Assembly: GCA_963848295.1 (NCBI GenBank)
Contig: CAWKDB010000010.1
Location: forward strand, 832,001-896,000
Direction of reading: 5' to 3'
From: an uncultured delta proteobacterium
Lineage (GTDB): Bacteria; Myxococcota_A; Polyangia; Haliangiales; Haliangiaceae
Length of the DNA stretch: 64,000 nucleotides
This document shows positions 10,561 to 19,374 of the stretch, in pieces. The notes beneath the pieces were generated by a model, which saw only the letters and a list, made by a program, of their open reading frames with translations, had not been told where the DNA came from and did not search any database. Both the position numbers and the translations under genes were made by a program. Position 1 is the stretch's first letter; every line of letters starts with the position of its first letter.

Positions 10561-11577
10561 ATGGTCAGCGTTCCCGAATCCCACCTCACCCCAGTCGGCG
10601 CGGGCGTCCGCACGCTCGATGACGCGCGCGGTGTCGCCGAGAAGGTGCGCGCGTGGATGCGCGACGCCGTGATCGGTCGCGACGATGTGGTCGAGCTGAT
10701 CCTGGTCGCGATGTTTGCCGACGGTCACTGCTTGCTCGAGGACTACCCGGGCTCGGGCAAGACCACGCTCGCGAAGTCGCTCGGCCACGCGATCATCGAC
10801 GATCTGCCCGACGACGATATCCCGAGCTTTCGCCGCATCCAGTTCACGCCGGATCTCTTGCCGTCGGACGTCACCGGGGTGACGATCTTCGACACCGCGA
10901 CCAGCACGTTCCAGTTCCGCCGCGGCCCGGTGTTCGCGTACGTCGTCCTGGTCGACGAGATCAACCGGACCTCGCCGAAGGTGCAGTCCGCGCTGCTCGA
11001 GGCGATGGCCGAGAAGCAGGTCACGGTCGACAACGTGTCGTACCCGCTCAACGATGTGTTCTTCGTGATGGCGACGCAGAACCCACTCGACGCGATCGGC
11101 ACGTATCCGCTGCCGCTCGCCCAGCTCGATCGGTTCCTGTTCAAGCTCGTGATGAAGCACATCAACCGCGAGTCCGAGCTCGAGGTGCTGCGCCAATGGG
11201 GCAAGCCTCGCGTGCCGCGCGAGCTGCCGCGGGTCAATCGCGGCGACGTCGCGCTCGCACGCAACGTGCTGCGCGAGCAGGTCTCGGTCGCAACGGCGGT
11301 GCACGAATGTCTCGTCGACGTCGCGCAGATCCTGCGCGCCGACAAGCGGACGCGCCAGGGCGTGTCGACGCGCTGCCTCGTGCAAGCGATCCCCGCGCTG
11401 CAGACGCTCGCGATGTTGCGAGGCCGCGACTTCGTCTCGAGCGACGACGTCGAGTACCTCGCGACCCCGCTGTTCGCGCACCGCCTCGATCTCGCACCGG
11501 GGGCGCGCTCGGACCAGGTGATCAGCGATGCGCTCGGCAAGCCGCTCGAGCGCCTGTCGAAGGGCACGCTGAAATGA
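10561..11577 (+). CDS. moxR: MoxR family AAA+ ATPase
   Basis: Walker A PGSGKT, RIQFTPDLLPSD, DEINR, ATQNP, LPLAQLDRF; AGGAGA RBS. Confidence 0.95.
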   Translation: MVSVPESHLTPVGAGVRTLDDARGVAEKVRAWMRDAVIGRDDVVELILVAMFADGHCLLEDYPGSGKTTLAKSLGHAIIDDLPDDDIPSFRRIQFTPDLLPSDVTGVTIFDTATSTFQFRRGPVFAYVVLVDEINRTSPKVQSALLEAMAEKQVTVDNVSYPLNDVFFVMATQNPLDAIGTYPLPLAQLDRFLFKLVMKHINRESELEVLRQWGKPRVPRELPRVNRGDVALARNVLREQVSVATAVHECLVDVAQILRADKRTRQGVSTRCLVQAIPALQTLAMLRGRDFVSSDDVEYLATPLFAHRLDLAPGARSDQVISDALGKPLERLSKGTLK

Positions 11578-11743
11578 GGGTCAGCGAGCGCAGCGAGCGG
11601 CGGCGGCGACATTGCATACGGCTTGCGCCGCAGGCCGAGCGCAGCGAGGTCCTGCGGTGAGGGTCAGCGAGCGCAGCGAGCGGCGGCGGCAGGGGCAGGG
11701 CGGGCTTGCGCCGCAGGCCGAGCGCAGCGAGGTACTGCGGTGA
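11574..11743 (+). repeat. Two tandem 83-bp hairpin-forming intergenic units, each encoding a 28-aa mini-ORF (MIRU/REP-like)
   Basis: Units 11575-11657 and 11658-11740 are identical except for a 12-bp core and one SNP; ORFs 11574-11660 and 11657-11743. Confidence 0.9.
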
Positions 11744-13653
11744 GGGTCGGCGTCGCGGCGATCGTGATCGCCAGCTTGGCCGCGGCTTCGCTCGCGCATG
11801 CCGACGGCGCCGATCCGGTCACCGCGCATGCGACCGCCGCCGAGCTCGGCGTGCTCCAACACATCGACCGCGAGGAGTACATCAAGGCGCGCACCGACGC
11901 CGAGGCGATCCTCGATCACGATCCGAAGTCGTTCATCGCGAACTGGGCGATGGCGCGGATCCAGCACGACGAAGAGGGCAACCACGCGCGCGCTCTCTAC
12001 TACGTCCACATCGCGGAGGAGTCGCTGCACACCCAGTTTGGCGACGACCCGAGCTGGGACAAGAAGCTGCTGCTCGAAGAGTTCTGGATCAACCACGAGA
12101 TGGATCGGATGGCCGATGCGCTCGAGGTCCTCGATCGCTACGAGAGCCGCTACGGTAAGGGTCAGGCGTGGCTGCGGATCTGGCCGACGTTCAAGCTCGG
12201 CCGGATGGACGAGGCGCGTGCGATCGGCAAGAAGCTCACGACCTCCGACGATCCGAACGAGCGGCGCGAGGCGTACAACGGCCTGCTCTCGATCGAGTTC
12301 GAAGCCCACGACCGGAAGGCCGCGTACAAGTGGGCCGAGCTCGGGCTCGACGCGACGCAGGGCAAGAGCTGCACGCTCGTGCGCAACGCGGCGGGCACGG
12401 CGTACACGATGTTCCGGCTGCGCGAAGCCGAGGAGCTCGGCCTCAAGGCGCACGAAGCCGAGGAGCAAGACTGCGACGGCGCCGGCTACGATCAGCTCGC
12501 CGGGCTCTATCTGATCGAAGGCGAGTTCCAGAAGGCGATCGCCGCGCTCAAGTCGCTCAAAGAAGTCCCGATCCCGAAGCGCTATCGCCCGCACTACGCG
12601 CTCGAGCGCCGCGCGATCCTCGCCGACATCCTCTACACGCTCGGCAAGGTCGACGACGCCGAGCGGCTCGCGAGCGAGGTCTACGGCCTACCCGAGCGCA
12701 CCGGCATGACCTCGGGCAGCAAGCGCGCGGCCGACATCGTGCGCAGCATTCGCTACTGGATGGCGCTCGACGCGAAGTTGAACCGCCAGGCGGAGAAGGC
12801 CGCGTATGGGCCGCTGTTCACCGGCGTCTCGCTCGAGAACGTCCAGCTCGCGTTCGTGCGCTGGGCGCTGCGCCGCGAGATCATCCAGCTCGTCGACGAC
12901 GACACGCTGCTCGTCACGCTGATCCGGCCGAACCTCGGCGAGCTCTACGAGGATGCCTCGTGGCGGCGGATGCAGATGATCGACATCCTCGGCACCGGCG
13001 TCGTGCGCGACGCGGTCGCGGCGGCGCGCAAGGCCGACGAGGGCACGCCCGAGGCGACGCCGTACCTCGATCTGTTCGATGCCGAGATCTCGTATCGCGA
13101 GGGCAACCTCGCCGGCGCGCTGCATCAAGCGAGCGCCGCGCTCGACCACCTGCCGAAAGAAGAAGCGACGCTGCGTTGGCGCACGCTCGCGTGGGAGGCC
13201 GACGCTCGACGCCAGCTCGGCGACGCCGACGCTGCGGCTCAGCTCGATCACGAGGTGCTTCAGAAGTTCCCTTCGGTGCTGCGCATCCTCGACCTGTCGC
13301 TGCCGATCTCGACGAAGAGCGACGGCTCGGAGCTCGCCGACGATGCGGTGCGCCGGGTCGGCAAGTCGCCGCGGTTCACGACCGAGAGCAACGCGCCGTT
13401 CGTGGTGAGCGCTTCGACCCGCGCCGGCGTGGTCGAGCTGTGCCTGACCGACGCGAGCGGGTTTTCGTTCGCGTGCGCGAGCGGCGACAAGCACATGACC
13501 GGCGACGACGAGGTGATCTCCGCGCTCGATGCGTTCCACGACGCGGCGTTTTCGCCGAAGATCTCGCTCGATCAGAGCGACCTCAACAGCCTCGACGGCA
13601 GTCCGGTGCGCGCGAGCTCCGATCAGGTGCTGAAGGGCATCCTCGGACCATGA
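11740..13653 (+). CDS. Secreted TPR-like alpha-helical protein
   Basis: GTG at 11740 gives signal peptide VRVGVAAIVIASLAAASLAHA; TPR-like helices (LAGLYLIEGEFQKAIAALK; LADILYTLGKVDDAERL). Confidence 0.75.
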   Translation: MRVGVAAIVIASLAAASLAHADGADPVTAHATAAELGVLQHIDREEYIKARTDAEAILDHDPKSFIANWAMARIQHDEEGNHARALYYVHIAEESLHTQFGDDPSWDKKLLLEEFWINHEMDRMADALEVLDRYESRYGKGQAWLRIWPTFKLGRMDEARAIGKKLTTSDDPNERREAYNGLLSIEFEAHDRKAAYKWAELGLDATQGKSCTLVRNAAGTAYTMFRLREAEELGLKAHEAEEQDCDGAGYDQLAGLYLIEGEFQKAIAALKSLKEVPIPKRYRPHYALERRAILADILYTLGKVDDAERLASEVYGLPERTGMTSGSKRAADIVRSIRYWMALDAKLNRQAEKAAYGPLFTGVSLENVQLAFVRWALRREIIQLVDDDTLLVTLIRPNLGELYEDASWRRMQMIDILGTGVVRDAVAAARKADEGTPEATPYLDLFDAEISYREGNLAGALHQASAALDHLPKEEATLRWRTLAWEADARRQLGDADAAAQLDHEVLQKFPSVLRILDLSLPISTKSDGSELADDAVRRVGKSPRFTTESNAPFVVSASTRAGVVELCLTDASGFSFACASGDKHMTGDDEVISALDAFHDAAFSPKISLDQSDLNSLDGSPVRASSDQVLKGILGP

Positions 13654-15416
13654 GGCTCGGCTTCACGCTTGGTGTGTTGCTAGCGGTCACCTCGGTCGCG
13701 TCCGCAGATCCGGGCTCGGGCTCGGGCTCGGATGCCGTCAAGGCTCCCGATCCGAACGCGCCGAAGCCCAAGCTTCGCAACTGGCCGAGCGGCGCGACCG
13801 CCGAGCTCGCCGAGCAGACCAACGGCCAGAACGACGGTCTGTACGAGCGCTGGGCGCAGAACTGCCAGATCGTCGTGCGCGGCCACTTCAAGGCCGGCAA
13901 GCGCGATGGCGCGTGGATCGATTGGACGCCGAAGGGCCAGAAGCGCGACGAGGGGACCTACACCGCGAACCTCCGCAACGGGCCATGGACGCTGTACGGC
14001 CGCAACGGCGAGAAACAAATGCAGGGGCCGTTCGTCGACAATGTCGCCAACGGCAAGTTCACCGAGTGGTTCGCCGCCGGCGCGAAGTGGCGCGAGTTCG
14101 ACATGAAAGCCGGCGAGCGCGACACGCCGGAGGCGATCGCGTGTCGCGCGAAGGCCGGCGATTGGGTCGTCGACTACGAACAAGCCGAAGAGGGCTGCAC
14201 GATCGCCGGGTCACGCCAGGGCCCGTGGACCCGCTACTACCTCGGCGGCACGGTGCGCACGGTGACGCCGTATGTCGACAATCAGATCGAGGGCACGGTC
14301 CGCGACCTCCATCCGACCGGCGAGCTGTTGCATCAGGGGACGTATCACCACGGCGTGCCCGACGGCGTGCACACCTGGCAGGACGCGACCGGCCGACCGT
14401 ACGGCACGTCCACGATCACGAACGGCACCGGCGATTGGACGACGTACTTCCCCGACGGCAAGGTCTCCGCGAGCGGCCGGTTCGTGCAAGGCCGGATGAA
14501 GGGCGTGTGGACGACGTACTTCGACAACGGCGCGAAGCAAGAAGAAGCGACCTACGACGGCATGCCGAACGGTCCCTATCGCAAGTGGTACAAGACCGGC
14601 GAGCTCGGGGTCACCGGCCAGATGCGCGAGGGTGCGCGCGACGGGATGTGGGTCGCGTACTGGGCGAACGGCAACGTCGAGTGGTCCGGGCAATACGATC
14701 AGGACGCGCGCACCGGCATCTGGGTGATGTTCGCGTACACCGGCACGCTCCAGTCGATCGGCCAGATGGAGGCCGACACGGCGACCGGCGCGTGGATGTA
14801 CTTCCACGACAACGGCAAGCCCCAGGACATCGGCATCATGGTCGCCGACAAGCGGATCGGCTCGTGGCAGGAGTTCTGGGCCGACGGCACGCCGTGGCGC
14901 ACCGCGACCTACGAGGACGGGATCGAGGTCGGTCCCGCGTCGCAACAGTGCGCGACGATCGGTGGCACGTGGGTCGGCGATGCGACCAAGCGGATGCTCG
15001 GCTGCCAAGTGTGCCGCGCGAAGCCGGACGACTCGATCGACCAGATCCAGACCGGGACGTGGACATGGTGGCACGCGAACGGCGAGATCGAGAAGCAGGG
15101 TGCGCTCGACGACGGCAAGCAGATCGGCCACTGGGCGTTCTTCTACGACAACGGCAAGCCGATGCTGAGCGGCGACTACGCCGCGGGCGCCGAGCGCGGG
15201 CCATGGACCGGCGCGTACCGCAACGGCCAACGCCGGTTCGAAGGCAACTATGCCGACGGCAACCCGGTCGGCGAATGGACGAGCTGGCAAGATAACGGGG
15301 CGGTCCTGTCGCACGGGAGTTACGGCAGCGACGGCCAGAAGATCGGCACCTGGACCTACTACGACACCAACCCCGCGGGCGAACAGGTATCCTATAAGGA
15401 GGGGAAACCTCAGTAA
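13650..15416 (+). CDS. Secreted MORN-variant repeat protein (YwqK-like repeats)
   Basis: ATGA overlap; signal peptide MRLGFTLGVLLAVTSVASA; many G-x-W-x-x-Y/W-x-x-N-G repeats. Confidence 0.85.
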   Translation: MRLGFTLGVLLAVTSVASADPGSGSGSDAVKAPDPNAPKPKLRNWPSGATAELAEQTNGQNDGLYERWAQNCQIVVRGHFKAGKRDGAWIDWTPKGQKRDEGTYTANLRNGPWTLYGRNGEKQMQGPFVDNVANGKFTEWFAAGAKWREFDMKAGERDTPEAIACRAKAGDWVVDYEQAEEGCTIAGSRQGPWTRYYLGGTVRTVTPYVDNQIEGTVRDLHPTGELLHQGTYHHGVPDGVHTWQDATGRPYGTSTITNGTGDWTTYFPDGKVSASGRFVQGRMKGVWTTYFDNGAKQEEATYDGMPNGPYRKWYKTGELGVTGQMREGARDGMWVAYWANGNVEWSGQYDQDARTGIWVMFAYTGTLQSIGQMEADTATGAWMYFHDNGKPQDIGIMVADKRIGSWQEFWADGTPWRTATYEDGIEVGPASQQCATIGGTWVGDATKRMLGCQVCRAKPDDSIDQIQTGTWTWWHANGEIEKQGALDDGKQIGHWAFFYDNGKPMLSGDYAAGAERGPWTGAYRNGQRRFEGNYADGNPVGEWTSWQDNGAVLSHGSYGSDGQKIGTWTYYDTNPAGEQVSYKEGKPQ

Positions 15417-15443
15417 CTCGAGTCGCGGGTGAGACGTAGCACG

Positions 15444-16412
15444 ATGGGCATGAGCGACAAGATTCCGGACAGCGAGATCACTCCGCGCTCGGTCTACTTC
15501 AACCGCCGCACGTTCATGCGCGGCGGCATCGTCGCGGCGAGCGCAGCGGGCACGGCCCTGCTCTATCGCAAGCTCAACGGCGTCAACCTCTCGGTCGACG
15601 AGCGCCCGGCACTGCCCGATCTCGTTCCGGCGCCGCACGCGAACGGGTTCTGGACCGACGAAGCGATGACGCCGCGCGCCTCGATCCTCAATTACAACAA
15701 CTTCTACGAGTTCACCACGAACAAGGACGGGGTCGCGGCGGCGGCGAAGGACTTCAAGACCGACGGCTGGAAGATCGACGTCGGCGGGCTGTGCAACAAG
15801 CCGCACGTGTTCGACCTCGACGAGTTTCGCAAGATCGCGCCACCCGAGGAGCGGGTCTATCGCCATCGCTGCGTCGAGGCGTGGTCGATGGTCGTGCCGT
15901 GGGCCGGCATCCCGCTGTACAAGCTACTCGAGAAGGTCGAACCGACGAGCGCGGCGAAGTACGTCGCGTTCGAAACGCTACTCGATCCGAAGCGGATGCC
16001 GGGTCAGAACGGCGATGCCCTCGCGTGGCCGTACATCGAGGGCCTGCGGATCGACGAAGCGATGCACCCGCTCGCGCTGCTCGCAACGGGACTCTACGGC
16101 CAGGAGTTGCCGCCGCAGGACGGCGCGCCGGTCAAGCTCGTGCTGCCGTGGAAGTACGGGTTCAAGGGCATCAAGTCGATCGTCAAGGTCACGCTCGTCG
16201 CGACCCAGCCGCCGACGTCGTGGAATCGTTATGCACCGAAGGAGTACGGGTTCTACGGCAACGTCAACCCGCACCACGATCACCCGCGGTGGAGCCAGGC
16301 GACCGAGCAGCGGATCGGTGACATCGGCCGGCGCATGACGCTGATGTTCAACGGCTACGGCGACCAGGTCGCGAGTCTCTACACCGGGATGAACCTCGAT
16401 GTCGACTTCTAG
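15444..16412 (+). CDS. msrP: Protein-methionine-sulfoxide reductase catalytic subunit MsrP (YedY)
   Basis: SEITP, Tat motif NRRTF, YNNFYEF, HRCVEAWS (Mo-ligand Cys), PWKYGFKGIKSI, HPRWSQATE. Confidence 0.96.
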   Translation: MGMSDKIPDSEITPRSVYFNRRTFMRGGIVAASAAGTALLYRKLNGVNLSVDERPALPDLVPAPHANGFWTDEAMTPRASILNYNNFYEFTTNKDGVAAAAKDFKTDGWKIDVGGLCNKPHVFDLDEFRKIAPPEERVYRHRCVEAWSMVVPWAGIPLYKLLEKVEPTSAAKYVAFETLLDPKRMPGQNGDALAWPYIEGLRIDEAMHPLALLATGLYGQELPPQDGAPVKLVLPWKYGFKGIKSIVKVTLVATQPPTSWNRYAPKEYGFYGNVNPHHDHPRWSQATEQRIGDIGRRMTLMFNGYGDQVASLYTGMNLDVDF

Positions 16413-18174
16413 CGCGGCGCCGCTTCGCGCCGTGGGCCCGGTCGGCAAGTTGATCGACACCCACTTCGCGAAGTGGCTGATGATCTTGAACGGCCTCGTC
16501 CCCGCCGCGCTGCTCGTGTGGGATGCCGAGCACCATCAACTCGGCGTCAACGAGGTCAACTTCGCGATCCGCACGACCGGGCTCGTCGGCCTCGTCTGCC
16601 TGATGCTGTCGCTCGCGATCACGCCGGTGCGCAAGCTCACCGGATGGAACGGCTTGATCGCGGTCCGGCGCAACCTCGGCGTGCTCGGGTTCTTCTACAT
16701 CTCGCTCCACTTCGTGATCTTTTTCTGGTGGGATCGCGAGGGCAGCGTCCGCTCCACCGTCGACGAGATCATCAAGCGCGAGTACCTGTGGTACGGGTTC
16801 GGCGCGCTCGTCGCGATGATCCCGCTCGCGATCACGTCGACCGACGGCATGGTCACCCGGCTCGGAGCGAAGCGCTGGAAGCTGCTCCACAAGCTCGCGT
16901 ACCTCGTCGTGATCGCCGGAGTCATTCACTACTACAAGCTCGTCAAGTCGGACACGACCCAGCCGAAGGCGTTCGCGTACGTTCTGGCCGCGCTGCTGTC
17001 GTATCGCGTCGTCATGCACTACGTCGACGTGCGCCGAGAGCTCGCCGCGACCCACGCGAAGCTGCTCGCGGCGAAGAGCGCGGCGCCGAAGAAAAAGAGG
17101 TTCTGGCAGGGCGAGCTCAAGATCGCGCGGATCTTCGACGAGACGCCCGACGTCAAGACGATCCGGTTCGTCGCGCCCGCCGGCGGCCCGTTGCCGTTCG
17201 AGCACATCGCCGGTCAGTACATCAACCTCCAGCTCACGATCGACGGCAAGCGCGTCAACCGGTCGTACACGATGTCGTCGTCGCCGACCCGCAACGCGTA
17301 CGTCGAGATCTCGGTGAAGAAGGCCGCGAACGGCTACGGCTCCAAGCACGTGCACGAGACGTTCAAAGAAGGTCAGCTCGTCAAGGTCGCCGCACCTTCC
17401 GGCAAGTTCTACTTCGCCGGCACGGAGGCGCCGCGGGTCGTGCTCGTTGCAGGAGGCATCGGCATCACGCCGATGATGTCGGTCGTGCGCAGCCTCACCG
17501 ATCGCGGCTGGGCCGGCGACATGTACCTGTTGTTCTCGGTGCGCACGCAGCGAGACATCGTGTTCCGCGAGGAGCTCGACTATCTGCAAAAGCGCTACCC
17601 GAACCTCCACGTGTGCGTGACCCTGAGCAAGGAGACCGATCCGGCGTGGACCGGCGCGCGCGGCAACATCACGAAGCAACTGATCACCAGCCTCGTGCCC
17701 GACCTCGCGCATGGCCCGGTGATGCTGTGCGGCCCGGATCCGATGATGACCGCGATGCGCGCGCTGTTCGTCGAGCTCGGCGTGCCGGATGCCGAGATCC
17801 ATCAAGAGGCGTTCGTGTCTCCTCCGACACCGACCGAGGCCGATCCGGCCGCCGACGGCGCCGCGATGGTCGATGCGCTCGCCGCGATGACCGGTGAAGC
17901 CGGCGACGGTGCGCCTGCGAACGTCACGTTCAAGCGCGACGGCAAGACCGCCGAGATCACGCCCGAGCTGAGCCTGCTCGAGTGCGCCGAAGAAGCGGGC
18001 GTCGAGATTCCGTTCGAGTGCCGGTCCGGCATCTGCGGCCAGTGCAAGACCAAGCTGCTGTCCGGCCGCGTGCGGATGGAGGTCCAAGACGCGCTGACCG
18101 CGGCCGACAAGTCACGCGGGCTGGTGCTCGCGTGCCAGGCGCACGCGGTTGGCGATATCGTGGTGGACGCTTAG
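16399..18174 (+). CDS. msrQ: MsrQ heme-binding subunit fused to an FAD/NAD(P)H reductase and a C-terminal 2Fe-2S ferredoxin
   Basis: MsrQ: RRNLG, SLHF, LAITS, WKLLHKLAY, IHYY; FNR: RSYTMSS, AGGIGITP, CGPDPMM; Fd: CRSGICGQC...LAC. Confidence 0.9.
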   Translation: MSTSSAAPLRAVGPVGKLIDTHFAKWLMILNGLVPAALLVWDAEHHQLGVNEVNFAIRTTGLVGLVCLMLSLAITPVRKLTGWNGLIAVRRNLGVLGFFYISLHFVIFFWWDREGSVRSTVDEIIKREYLWYGFGALVAMIPLAITSTDGMVTRLGAKRWKLLHKLAYLVVIAGVIHYYKLVKSDTTQPKAFAYVLAALLSYRVVMHYVDVRRELAATHAKLLAAKSAAPKKKRFWQGELKIARIFDETPDVKTIRFVAPAGGPLPFEHIAGQYINLQLTIDGKRVNRSYTMSSSPTRNAYVEISVKKAANGYGSKHVHETFKEGQLVKVAAPSGKFYFAGTEAPRVVLVAGGIGITPMMSVVRSLTDRGWAGDMYLLFSVRTQRDIVFREELDYLQKRYPNLHVCVTLSKETDPAWTGARGNITKQLITSLVPDLAHGPVMLCGPDPMMTAMRALFVELGVPDAEIHQEAFVSPPTPTEADPAADGAAMVDALAAMTGEAGDGAPANVTFKRDGKTAEITPELSLLECAEEAGVEIPFECRSGICGQCKTKLLSGRVRMEVQDALTAADKSRGLVLACQAHAVGDIVVDA

Positions 18175-18177
18175 CGC

Positions 18178-19374
18178 GTGACCGAGCTCGACGTCGTGAT
18201 CGTCGGCGGTGGCCCGGCCGGGCTGTCCACCGCGCTGCACGTCCACGCGCTCGCGCCGCACGCGCGCATCATCGTGCTCGAGGCTGCGACCTACCCGCGC
18301 GAGAAGATCTGCGCCGGCGGCATCGGCGCGCGCGGTCTGACGATCCTCGGGGAGCTCGGCATCGAGCTCGACTGCCCGATGGTCAACATCGATGCGCTCG
18401 CCGTTCGCGTCGGTGGCGAGACGATCGTGACCCGCGAGCGCGACCTCGGCGTCGTCGTCCGCCGCGTCGAGTTCGACCACTCGCTCGCCCGCGCCGCGAT
18501 CGCGCGGGGCATCGCGGTCCGGGACGGCTGCGCGGTCACGGCAATCGCGATCGACGACGCCGGCGCGACCGTCGAGACTTCCCTCGGCGAAGCGTACCGA
18601 GCGCGCGCGATCATCGGCGCCGATGGCGTCTCGGGCATCGTCCGGCGCGCATGCGGCTTTCCGCGCGGAGCGCTGCGTGCGCAGGTGCTCGAGCTCGACA
18701 CCGAGGCCGTCGCCGCCGACCAGCCACGCGACACGCTCGTGTTCGACTTCACGCTGCGCGATCTCCGCGGCTACGCGTGGGACTTCCCGACGTTCGTCGG
18801 CGGTGAAGCGAAGGTCTGTCGCGGCACCTACGCGCTGCTCGATGGCGGCGAGCGCGGGATCACGCCGCGCGCGGCGATCGAGCGCTACCTCGCGGACCGC
18901 GGGCTCGCGATCGGCGACTACCGGATCAAGCAGTTCGCCGAGCGCGGCTTCGAGCCGGGCGCCGCGATCTCGGCGCCGCGGGTCTTGCTCGTCGGAGAGG
19001 CTGCCGGCATCGACATCGCGACCGGCGAAGGCATCGCGCAGGCGATCGAGTACGGCAAGGCCGCCGGTGGCTATCTCGTGCGCGCGCTAGAGCGCGATGA
19101 CCTGCGCTTCTCGAGCTGGCGTGGCCACGTCGATCGCCGTCACGTCGGCTGGCAGCTGCGGATCCGCCACGCGTGCTATCGCGCGTTCTACGGCTCCCAT
19201 CGCGACGCGGTCGAGCGCATCATGCCGCGCATCGGCAAGCTGTTCCGCGTCGGGGTCCAGGACTTCGCAGGCCGCCCGCTGAGCAAGCTCGCGATCGCGC
19301 AAGGGGCCGCGCAGTTTCTCGCCGCACTCGCGCGCGAGGGCATCAGTTCGTCACGAGGCCCCACCACAGTGTGA
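18178..19374 (+). CDS. FAD-dependent oxidoreductase (geranylgeranyl reductase-like)
   Basis: GGGPAG, PREKICAGGI, RVEFD, IGADG, LLVGEAAG..ATGEGI motifs. Confidence 0.88.
   Translation: MTELDVVIVGGGPAGLSTALHVHALAPHARIIVLEAATYPREKICAGGIGARGLTILGELGIELDCPMVNIDALAVRVGGETIVTRERDLGVVVRRVEFDHSLARAAIARGIAVRDGCAVTAIAIDDAGATVETSLGEAYRARAIIGADGVSGIVRRACGFPRGALRAQVLELDTEAVAADQPRDTLVFDFTLRDLRGYAWDFPTFVGGEAKVCRGTYALLDGGERGITPRAAIERYLADRGLAIGDYRIKQFAERGFEPGAAISAPRVLLVGEAAGIDIATGEGIAQAIEYGKAAGGYLVRALERDDLRFSSWRGHVDRRHVGWQLRIRHACYRAFYGSHRDAVERIMPRIGKLFRVGVQDFAGRPLSKLAIAQGAAQFLAALAREGISSSRGPTTV

Noticed and set aside
8332..11481. 1049-aa antisense ORF and similar long shadow ORFs (43112-44992, 49329-51359, 16348-18087, 62358-63959)
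   Set aside because: They mirror well-supported genes on the other strand; high-GC codon bias suppresses antisense stop codons, and they show no motifs.
11575..11740. Repeat-variable-repeat pattern as a CRISPR array
   Set aside because: Only two units, the constant part is 71 bp and the variable part 12 bp, and there are no cas genes or AT-rich leader; it fits a MIRU/REP-like element better.
12168..13649. 1082-aa version of the MORN protein
   Set aside because: The Arg-rich N-terminal half overlaps the TPR gene out of frame; the real start is the ATGA-coupled ATG at 13650, which gives a signal peptide.
13650..15416. Toxin-antitoxin (YwqK antitoxin) system
   Set aside because: The resemblance is only to generic MORN-variant repeats, and no adjacent toxin gene is visible.
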